Positions 39,339 through 51,890 of a DNA stretch of 64,000 bases are shown here, piece after piece. The position numbers and the translations under genes were made by a program. The stretch covers positions 1-64,000 of the forward strand of contig DASPSR010000045.1 in NCBI GenBank assembly GCA_035623825.1, read 5' to 3'. The notes under the pieces are model-generated. The model had not been told where the DNA came from. It was given only the letters and a program-made list of their open reading frames with translations, and made no database searches. The stretch comes from Nitrospirota bacterium (GTDB lineage Bacteria; Nitrospirota; UBA9217). Positions within the stretch are counted from its first letter, which is position 1. Each line of letters begins with the position of its first letter.

Positions 39339-41150
39339 ATGGCAAGTACGAATATCAGGAATTTCTGCATTATTGCGCATATCGACCACGGCAAGTCCAC
39401 TCTTGCCGACAGGATTCTTGAATATACCGGCGCGCTTTCGGATCGGGAAATGCAGGCTGCTGGCGGCGACCAGGTGCTCGATGACATGGACCTCGAGCGT
39501 GAGCGGGGCATCACCATCAAGGCCCACGCCGTGCGCCTCCGCTATAAGGCATCGGACGGCAAGGAGTATGTGTTGAACCTGATCGACACCCCTGGCCACG
39601 TGGACTTCACCTACGAGGTTTCGCGCAGCATGGCGGCCTGTGAGGGAGCGCTCCTCGTGGTGGATGCGTCCCAGGGGGTGGAGGCCCAGACACTGGCCAA
39701 CGCCTATCTTGCGATCGACCACAATCTCGAGATGGTCCCCGTTATCAATAAGATCGACCTGCCGAGCGCGAACATCGAGGATGTAAAACGGCAGATCGAG
39801 GAGGTCGTCGGGCTCGACTCCTCCGGCGCCATTCCGGCGAGCGCCAAGGAAGGCATCGGGACCAAAGATATCCTCGAGGCAGTCGTGAAGCATATCCCGT
39901 CGCCGTCCGGAAGCCCGGATGCTCCGCTTCGGGCGCTGCTGTTCGATTCCTGGTATGACACCTATCAGGGAGTGGTCATCCTTGTGCGGGTAGTCGACGG
40001 GACGGTGCGGCCTAAGCAGAAGGTCAAGCTCTACTCGACCGCCGCAGTGTACGAAGTTCAATCCGTCGGGGTCTTCACGCCGAAGATGCAGGAGACGCCG
40101 GAGCTGTCGCAGGGCGAGGTGGGCTACATCATCGCCGGCATCAAGCGGGTCTCGGACGCGAAGATCGGCGATACGATCATGGATGCCGACCGACCTGCGG
40201 ACGCGCCGCTTCCGGGATACAAGGATGTGAAGCCCATGGTCTTCGCAGGCATCTACCCGGTGAACAGCGATGATTACGAGGACCTCCGGGACGCACTCGA
40301 AAAACTGAGGCTGAACGACTCGTCATTCAGCTATGAGCCGGAGACGTCGCTCGCCCTCGGGTTCGGGTTCCGCTGCGGGTTCCTCGGCCTCCTGCACATG
40401 GATATCATCAAGGAGCGGCTCGAGCGCGAGTTCAAGCTCTCGCTCATCCCCACGGCGCCGACGGTCGTCTACCGCGTGACGAAGAACGACGGCGATATCG
40501 TGATGGTCGACAATCCGGCCAAGCTGCCGAAGGTCCAGGACATCCAGCGCATCGAGGAGCCCTTTATCGTGGCCTCGATCATCACTCCGGAGCAGTATGT
40601 GGGTTCGCTCATCGCCCTCTGCCAGGAGCGGAGGGGGACCCAGAAGGAGATAGAGTACATCACGAAGGACCGTGTGCTGATCACGTACGACCTGCCGCTC
40701 AACGAGATCGTAATGGATTTCTACGACCGGCTCAAGTCACTGACCAAAGGGTACGCGTCGCTCGACTACGAGCTTTCGGGCTATGTTGAGTCGGATCTCG
40801 TGAAACTCGATATGCTGCTGAACGGCGAGCCAGTGGATGCGCTGTCGCTCATCACGCACCGCGACAAGGCAGCTGTCCGGGGCAGACAACTTGCCGAAAA
40901 GCTGAAAGAGGTGATCCCTCGGCAGCTGTATGAGGTGATCATCCAGGCGGCGATCGGGTCCAAGATCATCTCACGCGAGACGGTGAAGGCGCTCCGCAAG
41001 AATGTGACCGCAAAGTGTTACGGAGGCGATATCACGAGAAAACGCAAGCTCCTCGAAAAGCAGAAGGAAGGCAAGAAGAGGATGAAACAGGTAGGCAGCG
41101 TGGAACTTCCGCAGGAGGCGTTCCTTGCGGTGCTGAAGGTGGGAGAATAG
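39339..41150 (+). CDS. lepA: Elongation factor 4
   Basis: [32 protein letters not shown]. Confidence 0.98.
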   Translation: MASTNIRNFCIIAHIDHGKSTLADRILEYTGALSDREMQAAGGDQVLDDMDLERERGITIKAHAVRLRYKASDGKEYVLNLIDTPGHVDFTYEVSRSMAACEGALLVVDASQGVEAQTLANAYLAIDHNLEMVPVINKIDLPSANIEDVKRQIEEVVGLDSSGAIPASAKEGIGTKDILEAVVKHIPSPSGSPDAPLRALLFDSWYDTYQGVVILVRVVDGTVRPKQKVKLYSTAAVYEVQSVGVFTPKMQETPELSQGEVGYIIAGIKRVSDAKIGDTIMDADRPADAPLPGYKDVKPMVFAGIYPVNSDDYEDLRDALEKLRLNDSSFSYEPETSLALGFGFRCGFLGLLHMDIIKERLEREFKLSLIPTAPTVVYRVTKNDGDIVMVDNPAKLPKVQDIQRIEEPFIVASIITPEQYVGSLIALCQERRGTQKEIEYITKDRVLITYDLPLNEIVMDFYDRLKSLTKGYASLDYELSGYVESDLVKLDMLLNGEPVDALSLITHRDKAAVRGRQLAEKLKEVIPRQLYEVIIQAAIGSKIISRETVKALRKNVTAKCYGGDITRKRKLLEKQKEGKKRMKQVGSVELPQEAFLAVLKVGE

Positions 41151-41254
41151 ACAGGTCAAAGGGCGAAGCTGAAAAGTCCACAATAGTGAGGGTAAGGTTC
41201 CAGTGTATAGCATTAATTTCGGCGTTCTTGATGCGGTGATCCGCTGTTGGAGGC

Positions 41255-41962
41255 ATGATGTCTGAGACTAAGCAGGAAATCACGAAGAAAAAATCATTTT
41301 ACAAGGAGTGGATAGAGCCTTTTCTGATCGCGGCGATCGTCGCGCTGTTCATCAGGCAGTTCATCGTGGAAGCGTTCAAGATCCCGTCGGGGTCCATGAT
41401 CCCAACGCTCACGATCGGCGACCATCTGCTCGTAAACAAGTTCGTTTATGGCCCGCGGATACCCTTCATGGACAGCAGGATCTTCTCCTGGCAGGTCCCG
41501 AAGCGCGGCGAGATCATCGTCTTCAAATATCCTGAGAACGAGGACAAGAACTTCATCAAGCGCGTGGTCGGTCTGCCGGGAGATAAACTGCAGATCATAA
41601 GCGGCAAGCTGTATATCAATGACCAGGCCGTTCTCATAACGTCGACCGGGCCCCCTGCGGATAGCAGCGTTGAGGAGGGGCCATCGTTCGGCAAGCCGGC
41701 GTTTTACGAGGAGCAGCTCGGAACGGTCGAACACAGGATCCAATACCTTATTGACCAGTCCCACAAAAACGAAGGCCCCTGGCTTGTGCCCAGGGATTCT
41801 GTGTTTGTTATGGGAGACAACCGCGACAACAGCCAGGATAGCCGCGTATGGGGATTCGTCAAATTCAACAAAATTCTCGGCCGGGCATTCGTCATTTACT
41901 GGTCATGGGATGGGGACGGCCGTTGGGTAAGATGGGAGCGGATAGGAAAGCTGATCAAGTAG
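41255..41962 (+). CDS. lepB: Signal peptidase I
   Basis: IPSGSM, FIKR, GDNRDNSQDSR. Confidence 0.96.
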   Translation: MMSETKQEITKKKSFYKEWIEPFLIAAIVALFIRQFIVEAFKIPSGSMIPTLTIGDHLLVNKFVYGPRIPFMDSRIFSWQVPKRGEIIVFKYPENEDKNFIKRVVGLPGDKLQIISGKLYINDQAVLITSTGPPADSSVEEGPSFGKPAFYEEQLGTVEHRIQYLIDQSHKNEGPWLVPRDSVFVMGDNRDNSQDSRVWGFVKFNKILGRAFVIYWSWDGDGRWVRWERIGKLIK

Positions 41963-41980
41963 GGCCAGGAGGGGACTCCA

Positions 41981-42373
41981 ATGGGCATTCTCGCGAATCA
42001 GAACGGAGCGAGCAGATTCAAGGTGTTCTTGTGGTTTCTTTTTTTGTTCCTCGCCGTGCATGTCGCCGTCAAAGTGATACCGCCATACATGGATTATGCT
42101 AAGATGGAAGACGAAATGAAGACGAAAGCCAGCGTAGCCCAGGTGCTGAAAGACGAAGAAATACTGAAGGATCTAGAAAATAAGGCAAAAGAGCTTGACC
42201 TGCCGCTCACGCAGGACAGTTTCGTCCTCCACAGAGACATGGAAAGACGCAAGATGAAGATAAGCACAAAAGGCGGATGGGACGTCGAGGTGAACTTTCT
42301 GTGGGGCGCCTATGTTAGAACGTTTCATTTTGAGCCGGTGGTCGAAGAAGGTTTCATGCAGTCCCTGCCGTAG
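41981..42373 (+). CDS. DUF4845-like membrane-anchored protein
   Basis: NQNG plus hydrophobic N-terminal helix, KVIPPYM; follows lepB. Confidence 0.6.
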   Translation: MGILANQNGASRFKVFLWFLFLFLAVHVAVKVIPPYMDYAKMEDEMKTKASVAQVLKDEEILKDLENKAKELDLPLTQDSFVLHRDMERRKMKISTKGGWDVEVNFLWGAYVRTFHFEPVVEEGFMQSLP

Positions 42374-42443
42374 CGGGGCGTCATACGGTGAGTTTGACAA
42401 ATACAGCCCGGTAGCGTAGTATTTCTGCCGTGAACAAGGTGGT

Positions 42444-43328
42444 GTGCTGGTGATCCGCAGCATGACGGGATATGGCCGGAGCGAAATGAGCGATGCCGGC
42501 AGACACTTTACCATAGAAGTCCGCTCGGTGAATAACCGCTATATCGATATTCAGGTAAAGGCGCCGAGGGAGTTCTCGGTGCTCGAACAGCGTATCAGAA
42601 AAAGCGTTCAGGACCGCTTTTCCCGGGGCCGCTTCGACGTCTACATCACCCGAAACGGCGAAAAAGAGGGCGCCGGCAGGCTCGTCGTCGATGAAACGCT
42701 GGCTGGGCAGTATGTTGCGGCGCTCCGCGATCTGAAGGCGCGCTTCGGACTTGGCGGCGACGTCGATCTGTCCTTCCTGGCGGGATTTCAAGACCTCTTC
42801 TCGCTGACCGAGGTGAAAGAGAATATGGAGGCCGTATGGCAGGCGCTTGCCGACGGTCTCACCCATGCCCTCAAGGGGCTTGAAGGCATGCGGGCCGAAG
42901 AAGGCAGGGCGCTCGCCCGCGACATCTCGGGACGGCTCGAGACCATCGACAGATTGCTTGCCGCCATCCATGAACTTGCGCCGGCGTCGGTGGAGGCAGC
43001 GCGGAAGAGGATGTCTGATGTCCTGGCAAAACTTCTCCATGAACAGCCGGACCCCGTACGGCTGGCGCAGGAAATAGCCATTCTGGCAGAACGCACCGAC
43101 GTGACGGAGGAGCTCACGCGCCTGGGAAGCCATATGAGGCAGTTTCGGGCCCTGCTCGCGGACCCGTCCGAGGCGGTCGGCAGAAAACTTGATTTTCTCC
43201 TGCAGGAGATGGGGCGAGAGACGAACACCATCGCGTCGAAGGCCATGGATGCGCAGATATCATTGAGCGTGGTGAACATCAAGGCGGAACTGGAAAAGAT
43301 CCGGGAACAGGTCCAGAACATCGAGTAA
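42444..43328 (+). CDS. yicC: YicC/YloC endoribonuclease
   Basis: [30 protein letters not shown]. Confidence 0.95.
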   Translation: MLVIRSMTGYGRSEMSDAGRHFTIEVRSVNNRYIDIQVKAPREFSVLEQRIRKSVQDRFSRGRFDVYITRNGEKEGAGRLVVDETLAGQYVAALRDLKARFGLGGDVDLSFLAGFQDLFSLTEVKENMEAVWQALADGLTHALKGLEGMRAEEGRALARDISGRLETIDRLLAAIHELAPASVEAARKRMSDVLAKLLHEQPDPVRLAQEIAILAERTDVTEELTRLGSHMRQFRALLADPSEAVGRKLDFLLQEMGRETNTIASKAMDAQISLSVVNIKAELEKIREQVQNIE

Positions 43329-43333
43329 AGACT

Positions 43334-43585
43334 ATGGCGAACCAGCTCGTCAATATCGGGTACGGTAACATGGTGATGGCCTCGAAAGTTGTCGCGGTCC
43401 TGTCGCCTGAATCAGCTCCGATGCGCCGGATCAAGGACGATGCCAAGGAGCGGAAGATGCTGCTCGACGCCACCCAAGGAAGAAAAACGCGGTCGATTAT
43501 CATCACCGACAGCGACCATGTCATACTGTCGGCCGTGCAGGTCGAAACGCTCATGCAGAGATTTTCCGGTCGAGGGGAAGAATGA
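43334..43585 (+). CDS. remA: RemA/DUF370 family protein
   Basis: [26 protein letters not shown]. Confidence 0.92.
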   Translation: MANQLVNIGYGNMVMASKVVAVLSPESAPMRRIKDDAKERKMLLDATQGRKTRSIIITDSDHVILSAVQVETLMQRFSGRGEE

Positions 43586-44190
43586 AGAGGAAAGACGGGC
43601 TGCTCTTTGTAATCTCGGCCCCTTCGGGCGCCGGGAAGACCACCCTGTGCAAGGCGCTTACGGACTCACTCGAAAACCTCAGGCACTCTATCTCCTACAC
43701 CACCCGGAAACCCAGACCCGGAGAGATCGACGGGAGGGAGTACAATTTCGCCACGGAAGAGCGCTTCCGGAACATGGTCCAGGCAGGCGATTTCGCGGAA
43801 TGGGCGCGCGTGCATTCCCATCTCTACGGAACGTCGAGACGGGTGCTCGATGAAATGCGTACAGAGGGGATCGATGTGATCCTCGACATTGACACCCAGG
43901 GAGCCAAGCAGATCAAGGAAAAGTATGGTGAATCGGTCTTCATATTCATCATGCCGCCGTCACTGGAGATACTGGAAGAACGGCTCCGGAACCGTAAGTC
44001 GGATCACGAAGATGAGATCAAAAGGAGAATGCTTCGGGCTCGGGACGAGATCAAGGATTACGCCATGTATGACTATATCATCATCAACAGGGATTTCGAG
44101 CGGGCGCTTGCCGAACTACGCGCCGTCGTCATTGCCGAGCGGTGCCGGACCAGGATGATCGATCGAACATGGATAGAAGGCATGTTCTGA
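43582..44190 (+). CDS. gmk: Guanylate kinase
   Basis: [24 protein letters not shown]. Confidence 0.97.
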   Translation: MKRKDGLLFVISAPSGAGKTTLCKALTDSLENLRHSISYTTRKPRPGEIDGREYNFATEERFRNMVQAGDFAEWARVHSHLYGTSRRVLDEMRTEGIDVILDIDTQGAKQIKEKYGESVFIFIMPPSLEILEERLRNRKSDHEDEIKRRMLRARDEIKDYAMYDYIIINRDFERALAELRAVVIAERCRTRMIDRTWIEGMF

Positions 44191-44228
44191 CACAAAACCA
44201 TACTATTTATTCCACCGGGAGGTGAACG

Positions 44229-44669
44229 ATGCAAAAAAACGCTGAAGACATAATATCGCTGCCCATCGAGATGAAGGACGATATCGCCGACACCAAGTTC
44301 CGTCTGGTCCATGTTGCGGCCCAGAGGGTGAGACAACTGTCTGCAGGCGCCCCGATGCAGGTCGCAACAAGGTCAATAAAGGATACGACGATCGCTCTTG
44401 AAGAGAGCCTTGTCGGGAAATTCAAGATCCTGATGGGGGAAGAGGCCAATAAGGCGAAGGAGGAGTTCCGGAAGCGGGAAGAGCAGGCCCGACTGGAGGA
44501 ACAGCTCTCCGCCAAGGAAGAGGAGATTCGGAAGGAGCTCAGCGCGTATCTTTCAGAGACGCAGGGTGAGGAAGAATCTGAGGAGTCTCGGCTTCCGGAA
44601 GGCAACGGCGACGAATCGCCCGGGGCTGAAGACGCACTCGGTGAAGAGTCGGACGAACCGGAAGAATAG
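44229..44669 (+). CDS. rpoZ: RNA polymerase omega subunit with acidic C-terminal extension
   Basis: KFRLVHVAAQRVRQL, TIALEE; gmk-rpoZ-coaBC synteny. Confidence 0.85.
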   Translation: MQKNAEDIISLPIEMKDDIADTKFRLVHVAAQRVRQLSAGAPMQVATRSIKDTTIALEESLVGKFKILMGEEANKAKEEFRKREEQARLEEQLSAKEEEIRKELSAYLSETQGEEESEESRLPEGNGDESPGAEDALGEESDEPEE

Positions 44670-44687
44670 TCGGGGGAGCAGCGAAAC

Positions 44688-45881
44688 ATGCTTTCCGGAA
44701 AAAGGATCCTGCTCGGGGTAACTGGCAGTATCGCCGCGTATAAGGCCGTTGACGTCCTGCGCCGGCTAAAAGAGTCGGGTGCCGACGTGCGCGTGGTGAT
44801 GACGAAGAACGCCACACGTTTTGTTGCGCCCCTGACGTTCGAGGCTCTGAGCGGAAGGCCAGTGCTCTGTGATGAGTTCCTCGATTGGGGGAAGAGCAGT
44901 ATCGGCCATATCGATGTCTCGGCGAACCTAGACCTTGCGCTCATCGCGCCTGCGACGGCCAACGTCATCGGCAAGGCCGCAGCCGGAATTGCCGATGATG
45001 CGCTGACCTCGGCCCTCATGGCCCTAGAGTGCCCCGTCATGATGGCGCCTGCCATGAACGACAGGATGTACCGGAATCCCGCGCTGCGCAGAAACATCCA
45101 GCTTCTCAAGGAACAGGGAGTGCGGTTCATAGAGCCGGAAGCCGGTCCTCTTGCCTGCGGCACGACCGGACAGGGGAGGCTCGCAGACCCTCTGAGGATC
45201 GTCCAGGAAGTGTCCTCGATGCTGGCGTCACAGGATTTCACAGGCGTCACCATCCTTGTGACGGCAGGTCCAACGCGGGAACCGATCGATACCGTGCGGT
45301 TTATCAGCAACCCCTCCAGCGGAAAGATGGGCTATGCCATAGCGGCCGCCGCGCGAGACAGAGGGGCGCAGGTCGTTCTGATCAGCGGGCCCTCCGATCT
45401 CCCGCCGCCATACGGCGTAAAAACCGTTCAGGTCCTCTCAGCAGATGACATGTACCGTGCCGTCATGGGGCATATCGGGGGGACACAAATAGTCATCATG
45501 GCGGCAGCGGTATCAGATTTCAAAACCGCCACCTTCACGGACCGCAAAATCAAGAAACAGGAAGCGCCTACCATTCTGCATCTTGAACCTACCAGGGATA
45601 TCCTCCTGGAACTCGGCAAAGCTGCGAGCAAACGATTCCTAGTAGGTTTTGCCGCTGAAACGGACAATATCCGCCAAAACGCCCTTAAGAAACTTCAGGA
45701 GAAGAACCTTGACATGATCGTGGCTAATGATCTGATGAAGGCAGGTGCCGGTTTTGGCGCTGATACGAACGCGGTCACCATTATAGACCGAAACGGAACG
45801 GAAACAGAATTGCCGGTGATGCCCAAGTCCGAAATCGCAGCGCATATTTTGGATAAAATCCTAGAACTCAAGGCAAATTAA
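44688..45881 (+). CDS. coaBC: Phosphopantothenoylcysteine decarboxylase/ligase
   Basis: GSIAAYK, PAMN, TAGPTRE, SSGKMG, GFAAET. Confidence 0.97.
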   Translation: MLSGKRILLGVTGSIAAYKAVDVLRRLKESGADVRVVMTKNATRFVAPLTFEALSGRPVLCDEFLDWGKSSIGHIDVSANLDLALIAPATANVIGKAAAGIADDALTSALMALECPVMMAPAMNDRMYRNPALRRNIQLLKEQGVRFIEPEAGPLACGTTGQGRLADPLRIVQEVSSMLASQDFTGVTILVTAGPTREPIDTVRFISNPSSGKMGYAIAAAARDRGAQVVLISGPSDLPPPYGVKTVQVLSADDMYRAVMGHIGGTQIVIMAAAVSDFKTATFTDRKIKKQEAPTILHLEPTRDILLELGKAASKRFLVGFAAETDNIRQNALKKLQEKNLDMIVANDLMKAGAGFGADTNAVTIIDRNGTETELPVMPKSEIAAHILDKILELKAN

Positions 45882-45952
45882 AGGTTTTTACCTTGACTTT
45901 TGTCCACTTTTTTTGGTAAAATTTGCAAGGATTTTGGCATGTTGCGCAAATT

Positions 45953-47317
45953 ATGGATAAAGAGACCTCCGAAATAGCTAAGTTAACGGAGCGTATTTTA
46001 AAAGACCCGAAGTCCAAGCTTTTTGTGCCGCTCGCCGAAGAGTACAAAAAGGCTGGGGACCTAGAGATGTCCATCCATGTGCTAATGGAGGGCCTCAAGA
46101 ACAACCCGGAATATGTCACTGCCAGATCGTTCCTTGGCAGGCTTCTGTTCGAAAAAGGGGATTTGGCCGGAGCACAGAAAGAATTTGAAGAGGTTGCGAG
46201 GACGATCCCTGACAATCTGATGGCCCATCGAAAACTCGGTGATCTCTATGTACTCCAGGACAGGCCCGCCGATGCGCTGAAGCACTACAAGATGGCACTT
46301 TCTCTCAACCCCGGAGACGAGGAACTGGCAGCGCTGGCTTCAGATGTCGAAGCCGGTCGAGATGTCAAAGAGCGACTGCTCAAACCGAAGCAGCCGACGA
46401 CAGATAAACCTGCCAAGTCAGCGCCCGTAAAGGCGCAGGTAGAACCCAGGCCGGCCCCAAAAGCACCCGAACCCCCCCGGGCGCCGGCGATGTCTGCCGT
46501 GAAACCGGAAGAACCCGAGGAAGTTCTCGTTGTTGAACCATTGGACGTTGAACTGCAGGGGCACGGAGACCTCGCAACGGGGATCGCGGGTCAGAAGATG
46601 GAGGAGATACCTCCAGAGGCTGCAGAGCAAGGTGAAAAGAAGGTGTCGGCTGGAGAATTTGATTTTCTGGCCGAACAGGGACAAGGGACCGGCCCGGCTC
46701 CAATGCAGGAAGAGCCTGCGGAAATTACCTTCGATACGGCCGAGCCGGGCCAGGGTATACCAACGTCCCGTGCCGCTACCGCTGAACCCGCGCAGGTCGA
46801 GACGGAACCTGCCCTGAAAGTCCCGGAAGCGGCCTCCCAGAAGGGTGACGATTTCACCACGGATACGCTGGCCGAGCTCTATATAGCCCAGGGATTTTTC
46901 GAAAAAGCAATAGACATATACCAGCGGATGCTGACCGACAATCCGGACAGCCAGAAATTAAAAGACAAATTGGCGCACGTGCGGGCCATGGCCAGCGAGG
47001 CTGAACGCACTGGAGAATTAAAGATAGATGGCACACCAGTCACCACCGCCAGCGAAGAGGTAATTGTCTTAGGAGGACCGGGAAAACCCGCTGAGACCGG
47101 GAGCGGCCTCACAGTCGAAACGGTACCTGACGTCACACCACCAAAGCCTTTAGAAACTGGTTTTGAACCTGTAGAATATGTGCCTCCTCAAGCTGCAGAA
47201 AAGCACGAGCCGCTTGAGAAGAAAGCGCCACCCATGATGAAGTCCCCGATGGCCGGCCGGAAAGAGACCATAGACAGGCTGGAAAACTGGCTTAAAAATA
47301 TCAAGAAGGAGAAATAG
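45953..47317 (+). CDS. TPR protein with long acidic/Pro-rich linker
   Basis: N-terminal TPRs (SKLFVPLAEEY), TDTLAELYIAQG motif, C-terminal LENWL. Confidence 0.8.
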   Translation: MDKETSEIAKLTERILKDPKSKLFVPLAEEYKKAGDLEMSIHVLMEGLKNNPEYVTARSFLGRLLFEKGDLAGAQKEFEEVARTIPDNLMAHRKLGDLYVLQDRPADALKHYKMALSLNPGDEELAALASDVEAGRDVKERLLKPKQPTTDKPAKSAPVKAQVEPRPAPKAPEPPRAPAMSAVKPEEPEEVLVVEPLDVELQGHGDLATGIAGQKMEEIPPEAAEQGEKKVSAGEFDFLAEQGQGTGPAPMQEEPAEITFDTAEPGQGIPTSRAATAEPAQVETEPALKVPEAASQKGDDFTTDTLAELYIAQGFFEKAIDIYQRMLTDNPDSQKLKDKLAHVRAMASEAERTGELKIDGTPVTTASEEVIVLGGPGKPAETGSGLTVETVPDVTPPKPLETGFEPVEYVPPQAAEKHEPLEKKAPPMMKSPMAGRKETIDRLENWLKNIKKEK

Positions 47318-47674
47318 ATGCCCTTTTCCGATATCCTGAAAAATGTAGTCAATGGTACGGAAGGGGCGCTGGGTGCGCTTGTCGTCGGGCTCGACGGCAT
47401 CCCGGTTGAAGAGTATTCCGTGAGCAGCGAGATGGATCTCCAGTCCATGACCGTGGAATATTCCGCCCTTCTGAAGGAAATAGAAAAAGGTTCGCAGTCC
47501 GCACAGCTAGGTTCCACGAATGAAGTCACGGTCATCGCTGATAAGGCCATGATCATGCTGCGGCGGCTCAACGACGAGTATTTTTTCGTGCTTATCATAA
47601 AGCCGGGAGGGAACTTCGGCAAGGGGAGATTCCTCCTCAGAATGTCGGTCCCCAAGCTGCTCAAAGAGTTCTGA
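47318..47674 (+). CDS. Roadblock/LC7 domain protein (MglC-like)
   Basis: GALVVGLDGIPV, GNFGKGRF; upstream of efp-accB-accC. Confidence 0.8.
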   Translation: MPFSDILKNVVNGTEGALGALVVGLDGIPVEEYSVSSEMDLQSMTVEYSALLKEIEKGSQSAQLGSTNEVTVIADKAMIMLRRLNDEYFFVLIIKPGGNFGKGRFLLRMSVPKLLKEF

Positions 47675-47706
47675 TTGCAGAGTTTTTTCGATCTGCACTG
47701 CATCTG

Positions 47707-47728
47707 AAACTGCCTCAGGCAGTTTTTT
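47707..47728 (+). terminator. Rho-independent terminator
   Basis: AAACTGCC/GGCAGTTT stem running into a T-tract. Confidence 0.6.
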
Positions 47729-47746
47729 GTTTTGTAAGGGGTCTTC

Positions 47747-48196
47747 TTGAAGATACTCGTGATACATGGACCAAACCTGAATCTGCTCGGAAAACGAGAG
47801 CCGGATATCTATGGAAACTTCACGCTCGACGACATCGAGAGGCGACTCTCCTCGCTCGCCGGAGAACTCGGTGTCGAGGTGTCCTTCTTCCAGTCGAACC
47901 ATGAAGGCGAGCTGGTGCAGAAGATCCAGGACGCCATGGGCGAGTACCAGGCGATCGTTATCAATCCCGGTGCTTATACGCACACGAGCGTTGCGCTCCG
48001 CGATGCTATCTCCTCGACGGGCATCCCGACCGTCGAGACCCATATCTCCAACATCTACCGGCGCGAGGAATTCAGGAAGCATTCGTATATTTCCGGCGTT
48101 GCCGTGGGACAGATCACCGGCTTCGGCCCCGACAGCTACCTTCTCGCGCTCCGGGCCGCTGCTGCGCTCGTGAAGGGCGGCGCAAAGAAACGATGA
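47747..48196 (+). CDS. aroQ: Type II 3-dehydroquinate dehydratase
   Basis: [34 protein letters not shown]. Confidence 0.96.
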   Translation: MKILVIHGPNLNLLGKREPDIYGNFTLDDIERRLSSLAGELGVEVSFFQSNHEGELVQKIQDAMGEYQAIVINPGAYTHTSVALRDAISSTGIPTVETHISNIYRREEFRKHSYISGVAVGQITGFGPDSYLLALRAAAALVKGGAKKR

Positions 48197-49278
48197 TGAA
48201 GAGGCCCAAACCGGACCGCATCGACAACCTCAGGCGGCTCATGAAGGCAGAAGGCGTCGATGCGCTTCTCGTGACGAAGCGGGAGAATGTCCGCTATCTC
48301 ACCGGTTTCACTGGTTCCGCAGGCTCCTTCCTGGTCACTCCCGGAAGGTCGTGGCTGATCACGGATTTCCGATACAAACTCCAGTCCCGCCGGGAGACCT
48401 CGGGAACGACGATCCTGATCCAGAAGACGGATTTTCCCACGGCGCTGCAGGAGACCGCTCTGAGCGCAGGCATAGATTCGCTCTGGTTCGATGAATCTTC
48501 GCTCACCATAGAAGAGCTGAAGAAGCTCAGGAAACGGGGGCTGAAGCCGAGAGGGCACCGAGATATCGTGGGGGAACTCAGGAAGCGGAAAGACAAACAG
48601 GAACTCGCAAGCATCCGCAAGGCTATCAGACGGGCAGAAGAATCTTTTCGGGAATTGAAAAAATATATCCGGCCCGGAGCTCGCGAGCGCAGACTCGCGT
48701 TCACGCTCGAATGTCTGATGCGCGAAAAAGGCGCCCGTAAGGCGGCATTTGACACTATTGTGGCATCGGGCAGAAACGGGGCCATGCCGCACGCCTCGGT
48801 GACGGACCGGCGCATCAAAGCCGGCGACCTCGTGACCTTCGACTTCGGCGCAGAGGCAGGCGGATACTTCTGCGATATCACCCGAACCTTCTGCCTGGGC
48901 CGGCCGTCGGCCAGGCAGCTGGAGATTCACGGTCTTGTCCAGGAAGCGCAGTTGGCCGCGATAAAGAGCGTGCGTCCCGGCGTCAGCTGCAAATCCGTGG
49001 ATGACGCGGCGCGGGATGTCATTAAAAAAGCAAATCACGGAAGTCATTTCGGCCACGGAACCGGCCATGGCATCGGCCTCATGGTCCACGAAGCGCCTTC
49101 TGTGTCGCCTCTTTCCCGCGACTCTGTCGCGCAGGATATGGTATTCACCGTCGAGCCGGGAGTCTATATCCCGGACTGGGGCGGCGTCCGGATCGAGGAC
49201 ATGGTGCTGGTGACGGAGAGAGGGGCAAAAGTGCTGACGACGCTGCCGAGGGAATTGGACGGTCTAAGGAGCTTGTAG
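48193..49278 (+). CDS. Xaa-Pro aminopeptidase (M24)
   Basis: [32 protein letters not shown]. Confidence 0.94.
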   Translation: MMKRPKPDRIDNLRRLMKAEGVDALLVTKRENVRYLTGFTGSAGSFLVTPGRSWLITDFRYKLQSRRETSGTTILIQKTDFPTALQETALSAGIDSLWFDESSLTIEELKKLRKRGLKPRGHRDIVGELRKRKDKQELASIRKAIRRAEESFRELKKYIRPGARERRLAFTLECLMREKGARKAAFDTIVASGRNGAMPHASVTDRRIKAGDLVTFDFGAEAGGYFCDITRTFCLGRPSARQLEIHGLVQEAQLAAIKSVRPGVSCKSVDDAARDVIKKANHGSHFGHGTGHGIGLMVHEAPSVSPLSRDSVAQDMVFTVEPGVYIPDWGGVRIEDMVLVTERGAKVLTTLPRELDGLRSL

Positions 49279-49354
49279 GGGCTTGAAGGATCGGGTGAGC
49301 CTTAAAGAACAAAAATAGTGTCATTGTCGATGACGAAAGGGAGGTAGTAAGAAG

Positions 49355-49921
49355 GTGCCTGTATCTACAGCGGAGTTCAGGAACGGATTGAAAATAGAGA
49401 TCGACGGGGAACCCTACGTGATCGTAGAGTTTCAGCACGTGAAGCCCGGCAAGGGCGGAGCGTTCGTAAGGACCAAGATGAAAAGTCTTAAGTCGGGCAA
49501 TGTGATCGACCGGACGTTCAGGTCGGGCGAGAAGGTTGAAGTGCCCGAACTGGAAGAAAAAACCATGCAGTACCTCTATTCGGCGGACAAGGACCGCGTG
49601 TTCATGGACACCAGCAGCTACGAGCAGATAAGCATGAGCGAGCAGCAGCTCGGCGAAAGCATCAATTATCTCAAGGAGAACATGGAGATCAAAGTGCTCT
49701 ACTACAAGGGACGCCCCATTAATATCGACGTGCCGATGTTCGTAGAGCTTGCGATCGCCAAGACCGACCCGGGCGTACGCGGCGATACGGCATCAGGAGG
49801 TTCAAAGCCGGCGACACTCGAGACCGGCGCGATAGTCAAGGTGCCGTTCTATCTGAACGAAGGAGATGTGATAAAGGTCGACACGCGTACGGGGACCTTC
49901 ATCGAACGGGTCAAAAAGTGA
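49355..49921 (+). CDS. efp: Elongation factor P
   Basis: [22 protein letters not shown]. Confidence 0.98.
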   Translation: MPVSTAEFRNGLKIEIDGEPYVIVEFQHVKPGKGGAFVRTKMKSLKSGNVIDRTFRSGEKVEVPELEEKTMQYLYSADKDRVFMDTSSYEQISMSEQQLGESINYLKENMEIKVLYYKGRPINIDVPMFVELAIAKTDPGVRGDTASGGSKPATLETGAIVKVPFYLNEGDVIKVDTRTGTFIERVKK

Positions 49922-49964
49922 GTCTCCATCACTATCAATACTGCGACGCGGAAAAGGAGTGATC

Positions 49965-50435
<471 letters not shown>

Positions 50436-50543
50436 CGCCGCACGAGTGGGGGATATCCCAGGTTCACGATCCAAATTAAGGTAGACCGACTTGGAATGAG
50501 GTCTCAAAAAAAAATGAAACATGATCTCCATTGAGGTGTCTGA

Positions 50544-51890
50544 GTGTTTAAGAAAATACTAATCGCCAACCGGGGCGAGATAGCGCTCCGTATCATACGG
50601 GCGTGCAAGGAGATGGGCATCAAAACCGTTGCCGTTCATTCCACTGCGGATGCGGACTCCCTTCACGTGCGTTTTGCTGATGAGAGCGTGTGCATCGGGC
50701 CGCCCAAAAGCGCTGACAGCTATCTCAACGTTCCGAGCATCATAAGTGCCGCCGAGATCACCGATACCGAAGCCATCCATCCGGGCTACGGCTTCCTGGC
50801 CGAGAATGCCAGCTTTGCCGAGGTATGCAACTCAACCGGAATTCGCTTCATCGGTCCGAGCCCGGAGAGCATAAAGCTCATGGGGGATAAGGCCAAGGCC
50901 AGGGAGACGGCGCAGAAGGCGGGCGTCCCCGTCCTGCCAGGGAGCAACGGCGCGGTGACCGAGGAAAACAGCGCCATAGAGATCGCGCGAGAGCTCGGAT
51001 TCCCGGTGATCGTCAAGGCCGCGGCCGGTGGCGGGGGCAAAGGCATGCGCGTCGTGATGAACGAAGCGGACTTCGCCAACGCCTTTGTCATGGCGCAAGC
51101 CGAAGCCCTTGCGGCCTTCAGCAACGCTGATGTGTACATAGAGAAATACATACTCCAGCCGCGTCACATCGAGATCCAGATCATGGCCGACGAACAGGGC
51201 AATACGGTCTATCTGGGCGAGCGGGAGTGTTCTATCCAGCGGAGACATCAGAAGCTCATTGAAGAGGCCCCCTCGGTCATCGTCGACGACGGTCTTCGGA
51301 AGCAGATGGGTGAGATGGCAGTGGCAGTGTCCAAAAGCGTGAAGTACCGCAACGCGGGCACGATAGAGTTCCTCATGGATGAGGACATGAACTTCTATTT
51401 CATGGAGATGAACACCAGGATCCAGGTCGAACATCCCGTCACCGAAATGGTGACAGGCATTGATCTCGTGAAAGAGCAGATCCGCATAGCGGCCGGCCTG
51501 CCGCTTTCCTTCGCCCAGAAAGACATCAGGATCAAAGGTCACAGCATCGAGTGCAGGATCAACGCGGAATGCCCGGATAAATTCACCCCTTCGCCGGGCA
51601 CCATCACCGCGTTCAATCCTCCCGGCGGCCCCGGTGTACGCGTGGATACATTCGCCTACACCCAGTACGTCATCCCGCCGTACTACGATTCCATGATAGC
51701 GAAGCTTATCGTGCATGCGGACACGCGTGATGATGCGATCAGGAGAATGCAGCGGGCGCTCGATGAGTTCATCGTCGAAGGGGTAAAGACCACGATCCCC
51801 ATGCACATGAAGATACTCGCAGACCCTGATTTCCAGCACGGGGACATATCAACGAAATTCATGGAGAGATACAATAACCCGGCCAAATGA
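50544..51890 (+). CDS. accC: Biotin carboxylase
   Basis: [27 protein letters not shown]. Confidence 0.97.
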   Translation: MFKKILIANRGEIALRIIRACKEMGIKTVAVHSTADADSLHVRFADESVCIGPPKSADSYLNVPSIISAAEITDTEAIHPGYGFLAENASFAEVCNSTGIRFIGPSPESIKLMGDKAKARETAQKAGVPVLPGSNGAVTEENSAIEIARELGFPVIVKAAAGGGGKGMRVVMNEADFANAFVMAQAEALAAFSNADVYIEKYILQPRHIEIQIMADEQGNTVYLGERECSIQRRHQKLIEEAPSVIVDDGLRKQMGEMAVAVSKSVKYRNAGTIEFLMDEDMNFYFMEMNTRIQVEHPVTEMVTGIDLVKEQIRIAAGLPLSFAQKDIRIKGHSIECRINAECPDKFTPSPGTITAFNPPGGPGVRVDTFAYTQYVIPPYYDSMIAKLIVHADTRDDAIRRMQRALDEFIVEGVKTTIPMHMKILADPDFQHGDISTKFMERYNNPAK

